Assembly (NCBI GenBank): GCA_041623015.1
Contig: JBFJXT010000001.1
Span: 1-28,209 of the forward strand
Length of the DNA: 28,209 nucleotides
Direction: 5' to 3'
Source of the DNA: Thermoplasmatota archaeon
GTDB taxonomy: Archaea; Thermoplasmatota; E2; JACPAO01; JAHFTW01
In this document: piece by piece, positions 8,161 through 16,599 of the stretch
Layout: each line of letters begins with the position of its first letter
Position numbering within the stretch: position 1 is the first letter of the stretch
The notes under the pieces: model-generated
Told to the model about the DNA's origin: nothing
Database searches by the model: none
Seen by the model: the letters and a program-made list of their open reading frames with translations, nothing else
Position numbers and translations under genes: made by a program

Positions 8161-10503
8161 GTGGCTGCCCCAGAGACTCCCAAGGACCGAAAGGACGCGT
8201 CAACCGCAGACAACACGGACGCGCCGCCATTGGACCCGGCCCTGGAAGATTTGCCTGAAGGTGCCATCATCGATGATATCCACGAGCACGATGCCCCCGA
8301 GGCCCCTCGGAGCATTGCTGCAGATGACGAACCGATGCCAGAAAGCGCCGTGGTCGAAGAGATCTCAACAGAACCCCTTGCGGCCGCCTTGGAATCTGCG
8401 GATTCCGATGATGAAAAGAAGCCCCGATTTGCCTTGAGTCAAGACCGTGAAGCCGCTCGCCACGGAAGCGTCAGTGCGGACCTGGAAAACCCCGAGGAAA
8501 TCGAAGAGGCACCCGCAGCCGCAGCCCCAGAACGGGCACGCCTGACGCGCAAGCAAAAAAAGGACCTGGCCAAGAAAGGCGAAGGCGCTGGCCTCGTTCA
8601 CAGCAGCCAACTGGATGAACGCCTGCGCCACGGAGACGCAGAAGCAACTCCTCGCGACCGAGCCCTCAAAATTGTGTTCGACTCGGTCACCGTCACCGGC
8701 CTACTTATTCTCGTTGCGGTCATCGGTGGCGCTGCCGGATTCATTGGGTTCCTATCCAAAGTCTCCGCGCAAGTCTACACCCTCGCATTCGTTGCCACCT
8801 TACTGGCAGGCAACAGCATCCTGTTCAATTTCATTCGCTGGCGCGCCCTTCGCGGACACCAAGGCATCCATGTTCTAGAGAAATGGAAAGCCGATCTCCA
8901 GTTGACCGTCGCAAGCATCATTGCACTTTTCACGGTCATTTTCATCGCGTTCATCGAAGTGAGCGCCCTACTGGCCTTCCTCGGCGTCATCAATGTGGGC
9001 ACCGCCGGCAGCGCCCTTGCTCGCAATTTTGTCCTGTTTCAAGTCATCATCCTCCTGGTCTACGTCCTGACCTTGGTGGTGCGTGAAAACAACGTCACCA
9101 GTTACCAGCCCCACCGAAATTTGGTCATCGCCAGTTGGGTACTCACCGGGGTCGCGGCGTTCGCAGCACTGTTTGGTGTCTTGCTCACCGCCGGCGCCCC
9201 GCAAAGCCTTGGCATTCTCTCCACCATCACCCGAGGCCAAGGCATCTACATCGTCACCCTCGGTGTTGGCCTAGAGTTCATCGCTGTGCGCATTCGATTG
9301 CGCCTGCCGTCCGTGATTAGCCTGTTCCGGGCAGCCGTGGACGTGAGCATGCGCGCCAACGAAGAGATGCGGGTGCAACTGCAAAAACGCGCCCAACGCA
9401 CATACCTTGCCTCATTTGCCTTCGTTGCACTGAGCATGGCCTTTGCGGGCGCCATCGCCACGGGCAACCTTGGCGTCGGCAGCGGCAGCGCCACGCTCGC
9501 CCTCGTGATTTTCTACGTGGGCACCGCCATCATTCTGCTTGGCCTCATCACCGTGCGCATCTTCCAAGGACGCAATTTGGAGCGGCGCACTGTCAAAGAC
9601 GAAGGCGACTTGGAGTCCCTCGTTGGCCAAAAGCGCAAGGCCCCCGCAGAAATTTTCCGACTCGGTGTGTTTGGCGTTACGGGACTCATAGCGGCCATGT
9701 TTGTCTTGCTGGCCGTCATGATTGGCACCGATCGGTTGCCGATTTTCGAGAAAAAATACGCCACCGATTTCTTCATCGTCGCCATCTTGTTTGGCGCTGG
9801 CCCCTACGGCTTCTACTTCAATGCGGAACGCAAACGCATGTCAGCCATCGATGAGAAATTCCCAGATTTCCTTCGAGACATCGCCGAATCAGCCCGTGCC
9901 GGAATGACCCTTCCCCGCGCCCTGGTGACCGCAGCCAGTGGAAACTATGGGGCCCTTACGAAGGACATCCAACACATGGCTGCCCAAGTGGAATGGGGGG
10001 TGGAGTTTGCAGAAGCCTTGGAGCGGTTTGCAGAACGAGCCAATACGCCCCTCATCGACCGAACCGTGAGCCTCGTGGTGGAGGCCCAGCGCGCCGGTGG
10101 TAACGTGGTGGATATTCTCACTGCTGCCTCCGATGATGCTCGAGAAATCAAGCAAATCGTGAGCGAACGAGACGAGCAGATGCAGATGTACAGCGTCGTG
10201 GTGTACATCGCCTACTTCGTGTTCATCGCCGTGGTGTTGATTTTGTCGGCGCAGTTTATTCCCGCATTCAAGGAAGCCGTCGGCGCCGCCAGTGGCCAAC
10301 AAGTGGGAGGATTGAATTTCAAGGACTTTGACCCCGAAGAGTTCAACACCCTGTTTTTCCACGCCGCGTTGGTTCAAGCCATCGGCGGTGGATTGGTAGG
10401 CGGAGTCCTCACGAAAGGCCACCCAGTGGCTGGATTCAGCAACATCGTCATCATGGTCATTGCGGCCTGGTTCAGCTTCCGCGTGCTGATTGGAGTGATG
10501 TAA
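8161..10503 (+). CDS. Second T2SSF/TadC-like platform protein fused to an acidic N-terminal tail and an additional multi-TM domain
   Basis: The C-terminal ~280 aa contain IDEKFPDFLRDIAESARAGMTLPRAL...YGALTKDI...GVEFAEALERFA...AGGNVVDIL. About 150 aa of acidic low-complexity sequence and about 8 extra hydrophobic helices come before it. Confidence 0.9.
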   Translation: MAAPETPKDRKDASTADNTDAPPLDPALEDLPEGAIIDDIHEHDAPEAPRSIAADDEPMPESAVVEEISTEPLAAALESADSDDEKKPRFALSQDREAARHGSVSADLENPEEIEEAPAAAAPERARLTRKQKKDLAKKGEGAGLVHSSQLDERLRHGDAEATPRDRALKIVFDSVTVTGLLILVAVIGGAAGFIGFLSKVSAQVYTLAFVATLLAGNSILFNFIRWRALRGHQGIHVLEKWKADLQLTVASIIALFTVIFIAFIEVSALLAFLGVINVGTAGSALARNFVLFQVIILLVYVLTLVVRENNVTSYQPHRNLVIASWVLTGVAAFAALFGVLLTAGAPQSLGILSTITRGQGIYIVTLGVGLEFIAVRIRLRLPSVISLFRAAVDVSMRANEEMRVQLQKRAQRTYLASFAFVALSMAFAGAIATGNLGVGSGSATLALVIFYVGTAIILLGLITVRIFQGRNLERRTVKDEGDLESLVGQKRKAPAEIFRLGVFGVTGLIAAMFVLLAVMIGTDRLPIFEKKYATDFFIVAILFGAGPYGFYFNAERKRMSAIDEKFPDFLRDIAESARAGMTLPRALVTAASGNYGALTKDIQHMAAQVEWGVEFAEALERFAERANTPLIDRTVSLVVEAQRAGGNVVDILTAASDDAREIKQIVSERDEQMQMYSVVVYIAYFVFIAVVLILSAQFIPAFKEAVGAASGQQVGGLNFKDFDPEEFNTLFFHAALVQAIGGGLVGGVLTKGHPVAGFSNIVIMVIAAWFSFRVLIGVM

Positions 10504-11333
10504 TGGGCGTGATCCAACACCTCCCGTTTATCCGGCACCTTGCCCCCGGGAAATCCGAACAGCCGCGCCGAATCGCTGACGACGAGAGTGGCGCCTTACC
10601 GGTGTTTGAAGCAATCATCGCAGGGATGATGATCCTCACCGCGATTCTGTTTCTCACCGCCATTGGGCGCCCGGCGCCGGCAACAGGACAGGGCGGCATT
10701 GATCTAGGGCAAAACGCCGCAGACACCTTGTCAATTCTTCGAGACCGAGACGCGGACGCGCCACTCACATACCCTGACCGCCTTACGGAGGTGGTCGAGC
10801 TTGCAATGACGGGCGATACGGCTGACGCGAAGGAATTCTTAGACGAAATCGTCCCCATCGGCACTCGCTACTTGCTCAGATTAGACAATGGCGTAGAACC
10901 GCTAATTCTCCTCCCCCATGGCAGTGGCCCAGAGCTCAACCCCCGCGCCGCCCAAGCGGCCAGTGTCCTCGTCATCCCCGATTGGGTGGACAATGGATTG
11001 CCATCAACCGTCCTGCCCACAAGTGCCCTTTCGCCTGCAGATGTGATTCCCAATGGACACGCAGCCGATTCGGTCAATGCAGGAGGCACAGCACACCTGT
11101 TTGCTCCCAATGGCGCCGAAGTGATGCCCGATGGAACCCCGTGGCTCACCTATTGGTTATCCGCTGAGTACGTGGGCACCGTTCCACCCAATGTTCCCTA
11201 CGGCGTCTGGAAGGCGTGCCCCGAGCCGTGTCTTGCTGGCTCCGAGACCCTATTCAAGATTTACACAACCGATCGAACCGAGGCAGCCTACCCCATGTAT
11301 GGCGTGCAGTTGGTGGTGTGGCTTGCGGCGTAA
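10503..11333 (+). CDS. Pilin-like protein with class III signal peptide
   Basis: DDESG|ALPVFEAIIAGMMILTAILFLTAI, with a C-terminal beta-strand YGVQLVVW. The start has a TAATG overlap with the upstream stop. Confidence 0.8.
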   Translation: MGVIQHLPFIRHLAPGKSEQPRRIADDESGALPVFEAIIAGMMILTAILFLTAIGRPAPATGQGGIDLGQNAADTLSILRDRDADAPLTYPDRLTEVVELAMTGDTADAKEFLDEIVPIGTRYLLRLDNGVEPLILLPHGSGPELNPRAAQAASVLVIPDWVDNGLPSTVLPTSALSPADVIPNGHAADSVNAGGTAHLFAPNGAEVMPDGTPWLTYWLSAEYVGTVPPNVPYGVWKACPEPCLAGSETLFKIYTTDRTEAAYPMYGVQLVVWLAA

Positions 11334-11367
11334 CCCTGCAACCGGAAGCACCGGCAATGGCAAACGA

Positions 11368-11838
11368 ATGGCCTGCGACCGTGGCCAGATGCTCCTGCTT
11401 ACCAGTGTCATCCTCCTGATTGGTTTCATCGCGCTCAGCAGCATGGTGATTCGCGTCACGCAACTTCCAGAAGAAACCACCCAGGAAAGCCGCGACCCCA
11501 TTGAATTGGAAGCGGACGCAGTGTCCGAAGGCGTCGGAGATTTGTTGGCGCGCATGCACACCCAAGTTCCCATTGACCCGGTGCTTGGAGCCGCCGATTA
11601 CAGCACCGCTGTAGAAGAGAGCCTCAATACCCTCGTCCATTTGGAAAAGGGTCGCGGGTTCCGGTTCGAATGGATCCCTAACGGCATCGGGGATGCGGTG
11701 ACGTGCACGGCAGGTCTCAATCCCGGTGAAGTGGTCGTGACGGTGACCGTGGTGCTCCAAGATTTGGACACACGCATCCAATTGTCCATCTCCGAGACGT
11801 TTGGCGACGGCGTGGATCCTTTGGTGTGCACCCCGTAA
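11368..11838 (+). CDS. Small pilin-like protein with class III signal peptide (156 aa)
   Basis: ATG 11368 gives MACDRG|QMLLLTSVILLIGFIALSSMVI, a classic RG|Q site plus hydrophobic helix. The track's start at 11131 overlaps the previous gene. Confidence 0.8.
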   Translation: MACDRGQMLLLTSVILLIGFIALSSMVIRVTQLPEETTQESRDPIELEADAVSEGVGDLLARMHTQVPIDPVLGAADYSTAVEESLNTLVHLEKGRGFRFEWIPNGIGDAVTCTAGLNPGEVVVTVTVVLQDLDTRIQLSISETFGDGVDPLVCTP

Positions 11839-11981
11839 TCACGCTGAATTAGCGCAGGGGTTCGCAAAATGCGCCTGAGCAGAGATGCGCCGCCGGTGCT
11901 GCCGTTGCCCCATGACCCTTAGCCCAGGGCTTCAACCCCCAAATCCAACACATAACTGTGTGGTTTTGTTTATTGAACCAA

Positions 11982-12002
11982 TTGAAGGGCAGAAGCCTTC
12001 AA
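11982..12002. promoter_or_regulatory. Inverted repeat TTGAAGG-N7-CCTTCAA containing AGAAGCCTTC, upstream of module 1
   Basis: Perfect 7-bp arms at 11982-11988 and 11996-12002, ending 35 nt before ATG 12037. A related element precedes the paralogous module at 26504. Confidence 0.4.
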
Positions 12003-12036
12003 GAACCCGAAGCTGATCCTAAATTGGGTGTGAATC

Positions 12037-12558
12037 ATGTTGAAAATACTACGAGTAATGATATGGTCAATGATTTTGATTCCAATGGGCGCGTCTGTGG
12101 CAAGCGCTGAGCCATCGGTCTACATTGTCCCTGACAAAGAAACCCGTGAACACATTGACACAGTGGCTAGCTTCGCCATTCGGCAAGGCCAAGAAGGCGT
12201 AGCCATCCTTTATGGCGCCATTGATACCGCGCAAAACGGCTCCCAAATGGTGTACGTCATGGGCTCGGACACTGCATGGAATGCCACAACATTCATCCTT
12301 GATCATTACCCCCTCATCAAAGAAATGGTCTTCCAAGATGAAGACAACAGCGTGACAGAAGCCGCCGACTGGACCGTCTCGCTGTTCCCAGATCGACCCA
12401 ATTGCATCAATCCCTTCATTACGTCCCTTCAAATTGACGCAATTCCCCCCCTCGCAATCGAGTATAACTCGCCCTGCTACGAGCCCTACTGGGACAAAGT
12501 TGGCTTCGATCCAATCATGATTGTTTGGATCATCATCATCGACCTCCTCAACGGCTGA
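12037..12558 (+). CDS. Small secreted protein with one Cys-loop (module 1, gene A); function unknown
   Basis: Signal peptide ending VASA|E. Exactly two Cys (C123, C147), in C-INP...PPLAIEYNSP-C-YEPYWD. The C-terminus is hydrophobic. Confidence 0.75.
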   Translation: MLKILRVMIWSMILIPMGASVASAEPSVYIVPDKETREHIDTVASFAIRQGQEGVAILYGAIDTAQNGSQMVYVMGSDTAWNATTFILDHYPLIKEMVFQDEDNSVTEAADWTVSLFPDRPNCINPFITSLQIDAIPPLAIEYNSPCYEPYWDKVGFDPIMIVWIIIIDLLNG

Positions 12559-12573
12559 AATCGGACTACTACC

Positions 12574-14085
12574 ATGAAATTTGAATGGATCCTCCTCCTT
12601 GCACTCCTCCTGGCAACCCCCCCTGTTCATGCCACCACAGGTGAGACGCTGCTGGCAAGCCACGTGATGATTCAGGATGGTGAAACCGTTGCAGATTTGG
12701 GCATGATTTCGGTTCTGCGGTTAAACACCGAAACGCTGCCCCCGGCATTCATGCTTCAGGGTAGTATCGCCGATGTTGCAACCGATTACACGGCGGCAGG
12801 AATTGCACTGCTTGACCACTCTGCCCGATCTGAAAGCCAAGAAACCCGCCACACCGACTACACGCTCTCAGGGCACCGAAATGGCCCCCAGGCCTCCCTG
12901 TTCGTGCATCCCCTAGCAGGTGGAGCTGCCGTCGTTGATTTCTCGGCCCCTTGCTTTGACTTATCGCCTTCAGAGATGGAACAGGAGTACCGCCCCCGCC
13001 GCATCAACCCAAACAATGCAGGACACAGGGCCGACCTCTCGCACGCCACACGCGTGCTTCCCTGTGAAGAAATTTCAATGATTCAAGTCACCGGCGATTT
13101 CCTGGTCGGCCTCTGGGACTGGGATGCGACCTGGGCAAGTACGCTGGGCAATGGGCGCCTTGAAACAGGCTACGAAAACCCCCAAGCGGCCCTCAGCGAA
13201 GGCAGGGAAGCATTCATCCAAGTTCGAGACGGGCAACTGAACATCCCCCTCTCAGACAACAATGTGCGCTTGTTCCTCGCCGCGGCGACCATCAATGCCA
13301 CCGAAGTGCTTCTAGGTGACATCGAGGGCCGCGTCAATCCGACTCCCGAGATGACCTTCGAAGGGAACGATTTGCGCATCGCCGGCGCCATCACCCTCAA
13401 AGTGGAATCCTGGGGCAACGATCAACCCCTGCAAACGGAATTGGTATCCACACAAGCCACGAATCCATCATCACTTCAGGCAACGTTGGCACCAACCAAT
13501 CCCTTGTTTGATTCAAGTCAAGCAAGTATTCTGCTAGGCCTTCTAGCAGTGGCCGGCATCACGGCAATCATCGTTCAACATCGCCGCCCAAATCGGGCCC
13601 TCTCTATGCTCTGGAGTGCGCATGAGTTAGACCTCCGCCTTGCTCCTCGAACTCGCAAAGAACGCAGGGCCCTTGGAATGCAACTGCTCGGTATCCACCA
13701 TGAAATGGAGGGCCGGCGAAAGGTCGGTGCCCGTTTCCAGCGCCAAGCCAAAAAGCACTATGCAGACCGCATGGAAGCGATGCTTAGCCAAGGAGAATCA
13801 CTTCTGGCGCTTGGCGCATACGATGAAGCGCTAGCCACATTTTTCCATGTGGTCGAAGAAGTGGCAACCCCAACTCAAGTGGTTCGCGCCCAAGTGGGCG
13901 CTTCAGTGGCTTACTTGCGACGAGGCAATCGGGCAGATCGCCACATTTGCCGAGAGTACCTCCAGGAAGCTCGACGACGAGACGCCGGAACCGTGCAACG
14001 GTTATTGGCCAGGGCAGGCGATTTGGGCCGAGATCTAGAATCGGTCCGGTTGGCCCCCTTAGATCGCAACCCTGCTCGGCAGTAA
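12574..14085 (+). CDS. Single-pass membrane protein: signal peptide, ~300-aa ectodomain, TM, cytoplasmic TPR-like domain (module 1, gene B)
   Basis: Signal MKFEWILLLALLLATPPVHA|, TM at about aa 318-334 followed by HRR (positive-inside). The helical repeats MLSQGESLLALGAYDEALATFFHVVE and VRAQVGASVAYLRRG resemble TPRs. Confidence 0.8.
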   Translation: MKFEWILLLALLLATPPVHATTGETLLASHVMIQDGETVADLGMISVLRLNTETLPPAFMLQGSIADVATDYTAAGIALLDHSARSESQETRHTDYTLSGHRNGPQASLFVHPLAGGAAVVDFSAPCFDLSPSEMEQEYRPRRINPNNAGHRADLSHATRVLPCEEISMIQVTGDFLVGLWDWDATWASTLGNGRLETGYENPQAALSEGREAFIQVRDGQLNIPLSDNNVRLFLAAATINATEVLLGDIEGRVNPTPEMTFEGNDLRIAGAITLKVESWGNDQPLQTELVSTQATNPSSLQATLAPTNPLFDSSQASILLGLLAVAGITAIIVQHRRPNRALSMLWSAHELDLRLAPRTRKERRALGMQLLGIHHEMEGRRKVGARFQRQAKKHYADRMEAMLSQGESLLALGAYDEALATFFHVVEEVATPTQVVRAQVGASVAYLRRGNRADRHICREYLQEARRRDAGTVQRLLARAGDLGRDLESVRLAPLDRNPARQ

Positions 14086-14276
14086 AGCGGCAAAGCACCC
14101 ACAGGGTAAGCCGGCCTTCTGCTGACCAAGATGACTGCCCTTTAGTCAACAGGCCCGCCCAATTTCAGCCCCCCACCCGGATTGGGTGCCTCATTCCGGC
14201 TTCACCGAGAAGTAGGGGCGCCTAAACGCCACGGCACCACAAGAAGTGTCATTTATCCCTGACGCCTCAACCCCAT

Positions 14277-16400
14277 GTGGATCGCGAAGCCGTTACAGCA
14301 CCTATCGCGATGACCATCGCGTTTTCTATTTTCCTCGTTGCATTTGGCGCTGTTGCGCTCAAATCCAGTGACGTAGCCAATGGCAACGCAAGCAATGAAG
14401 CAGACTCCGCTTTCCTGCGTGCCAAAGCTGGAAACTTGCTTGATGTTATGCTTCGAAGCCCCGGATACAGCCAGGGAGGCCTTGATTGGATTAGCCCCGA
14501 AGGGCAATCTGGGCGCGAAGATCAAATCACACGCCTGGGGCTTTCAGACGCCGCTGGAAAATTTCTTTCCTTCGAGAAATTTGAAAATCTTCGCCTAGCA
14601 CCTTACGAAGATGACGGCACCGGAGACGGATTCGTCAATTACGCCGACGCCCGAGCCGCCCTGGGTTTAGATCAAGAAAACCTCGGATTCCACATCCGGG
14701 CCAAACCAAGCCTCAAATCGGTCCAAGAAATTTTGGAAAATGGAGAACGGGACCCGAACCTCAAGGTCACATACCTTGGTGATTCGACCGGCGACAGTGA
14801 CGATCCGACGTTGACTCCGCCTTCTGCCACGGCACCCACGTGCATTGTCAACGCCGGCAATAGTCTGTACACGATTTCAACCACGGTGGATAATACGGGC
14901 ACCCAGCCAACACAGCTCAGTGCGTTCATCACCGTTGACCCCATCAAAGGCAGCACGCGCACCGAATGGGCCCATGGGCCAGTTCTCGCCGCAGGGGCCA
15001 CCACGACATTGAGCACCGTAGTCCCAGTGAATACGGACTATTGCGACGCAGGCGCCACGATCACGGTTGATATCTGGGACTCTGCCCAGCGGTGGACCAC
15101 CGCAACCACGACGCTTGGCTCTGCGGCGGGCGGCACCAATCAAACCCGAGATCTTCTCGTGGATGCAAGCAAAAACCACTACACCGAGGGCGCCACCGTA
15201 GTAGTTGCTTACGATGGTGCTGGGCTGAAAAATACGGACGCTTTGACGTTCAACCTCATCAATGCCGGTACGATGGCCGTTGAATCGGGTCCGCACGCAT
15301 TTACCGCCGGCAACAACAACCTTCGATCGATTCAGATTGGCGATGTCACGGCAGGTACGCGCTCATTTGACTATGGCGGCCCGGTCCCTGCCGGCGCGTA
15401 CATTGCTGAGCTCTCCGATGGCACGAACACGGTTTCGGAAAATATCTACATCTTCTCTCCAGGCTCCGAGCCGGGAAATTTTGTCGCCAGCGGCGCATCC
15501 GGGACCACGTCCTTGTCCGCTGCGGCGATTACTGAATTGACATTTCTTCATGACTTGGTGGAGCGGTTCTGCCCCTTCGAGTACAATGATTCGGGCACCA
15601 AATTGGTTCCTGACCGAACGGGAGATCCAAGCCCAACCCATGCGGAGCGCTGTTCGTTTAATCCGCGCTTCCAAGATGGGGACGTGATTCCTGACCAAAA
15701 GGACATCATGAATGACGAATTGCCCCTTCGCCTCCTGGACGTGAATGGGGATGCGGATTTCACCTACGTTTCCATGCTCGTGGTGGGCAGCAACGTGGAC
15801 CACCAAGTGATGACCTCTGCGGCAGCCAAGCACGCGGTGCGCGATTGGGTGCTTGGAGGTGGAACACTTGTGGTGTTTGGATCCAGTGAACAAACCGTTC
15901 AGTGGCTTCAGCCGATTTTCCATTCTGGCATTCAAAGCAGCAGCGGCGGCGTCGCCACCCCTGATGCGGACCACCCCTTGTTGGTGGTGAGCGATACCCT
16001 CGATTATGATGGTTACAGCAGCCATGGCCGCGCCTGGGACCTCAAGGAAAGCGGCGGCAGCTCCAGTGCGGACAAATTCACGGATGTGGTCAAGGACGGC
16101 GCGGGAGATGCCATCCTGACCATCAGTAACCCTGGCGCCTATGGAAAAGGGACCGTCATCTTGTCCACTTGGATGCCTTATGATTTGTTTGGTGATGGTA
16201 ACCACCCTGGTCAAGAGGGTGCCAAGTTCACCAATAACATCTTGATGCAAGGGTACCGTGGCTTGTTCCTAGACTACGGTCCCAGGATCCCCGAGGGTCA
16301 AATGGCAATTCCTGCTTCGGGCAAGGCGCAGGTGTATCATCCAGAGCTTGAGAAGCTGGTGAGCCTGGACATTACTCTGTTTGTCTTCGTACAAGCCTAA
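14277..16400 (+). CDS. Large pilin-like surface protein (class III signal) with Ig/CARDB-like inserts and GATase-1-like domain; paralog 1 of 3
   Basis: MDREA|VTAPIAMTIAFSIFLVAFG. It shares motifs with the two downstream genes (RLGL...Y..A..ALG...GFHIR; LVVGS; DWVLGGGTLVVFGSS..QWLQP; FLDYGP). The T/G-rich beta insert includes YTISTTVDNTGTQ...LAAGATTTLS. Confidence 0.8.
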   Translation: MDREAVTAPIAMTIAFSIFLVAFGAVALKSSDVANGNASNEADSAFLRAKAGNLLDVMLRSPGYSQGGLDWISPEGQSGREDQITRLGLSDAAGKFLSFEKFENLRLAPYEDDGTGDGFVNYADARAALGLDQENLGFHIRAKPSLKSVQEILENGERDPNLKVTYLGDSTGDSDDPTLTPPSATAPTCIVNAGNSLYTISTTVDNTGTQPTQLSAFITVDPIKGSTRTEWAHGPVLAAGATTTLSTVVPVNTDYCDAGATITVDIWDSAQRWTTATTTLGSAAGGTNQTRDLLVDASKNHYTEGATVVVAYDGAGLKNTDALTFNLINAGTMAVESGPHAFTAGNNNLRSIQIGDVTAGTRSFDYGGPVPAGAYIAELSDGTNTVSENIYIFSPGSEPGNFVASGASGTTSLSAAAITELTFLHDLVERFCPFEYNDSGTKLVPDRTGDPSPTHAERCSFNPRFQDGDVIPDQKDIMNDELPLRLLDVNGDADFTYVSMLVVGSNVDHQVMTSAAAKHAVRDWVLGGGTLVVFGSSEQTVQWLQPIFHSGIQSSSGGVATPDADHPLLVVSDTLDYDGYSSHGRAWDLKESGGSSSADKFTDVVKDGAGDAILTISNPGAYGKGTVILSTWMPYDLFGDGNHPGQEGAKFTNNILMQGYRGLFLDYGPRIPEGQMAIPASGKAQVYHPELEKLVSLDITLFVFVQA

Positions 16401-16599
16401 TCTCCGAGACTCATTCAGATCCTGGCAGCTAGGACTCCGGACCAGGCGTGCAGACGCCCATTGTGGCGTCTGACCGGCCCCGTTTGGGCCGTGCGCCCAT
16501 TTGCCATCAAGGTTTTATGGGACAAAATCGCGCAAGATGAGTATATAGTTCCTTTGGCACGTGGGTTTATCTTGGGTAGACAAAGCCTGCCACAAGACC

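Noticed and set aside
2521-10503. Interpretation as an archaellum (fla/arl) operon
   Set aside because: There are no archaellins or FlaC/D/E/F/G, there are two separate TadC-type genes instead of one FlaJ, and the KaiC-like protein lacks the intact Walker A of FlaH.
595-11967. 11-mer TGTGTGGTTTT shared by intergenic regions (595-605 and 11957-11967), and the ACACA-N4-TGTGT repeat at 11948-11961
   Set aside because: One 11-mer match among about 2 kb of intergenic DNA is expected by chance, and the 5-bp arms are too short to support a site.
11839-14276. Module 1 as a transposon, integron cassette or provirus
   Set aside because: There is no transposase, integrase or viral gene, and I found no terminal inverted repeats or target-site duplication by eye.
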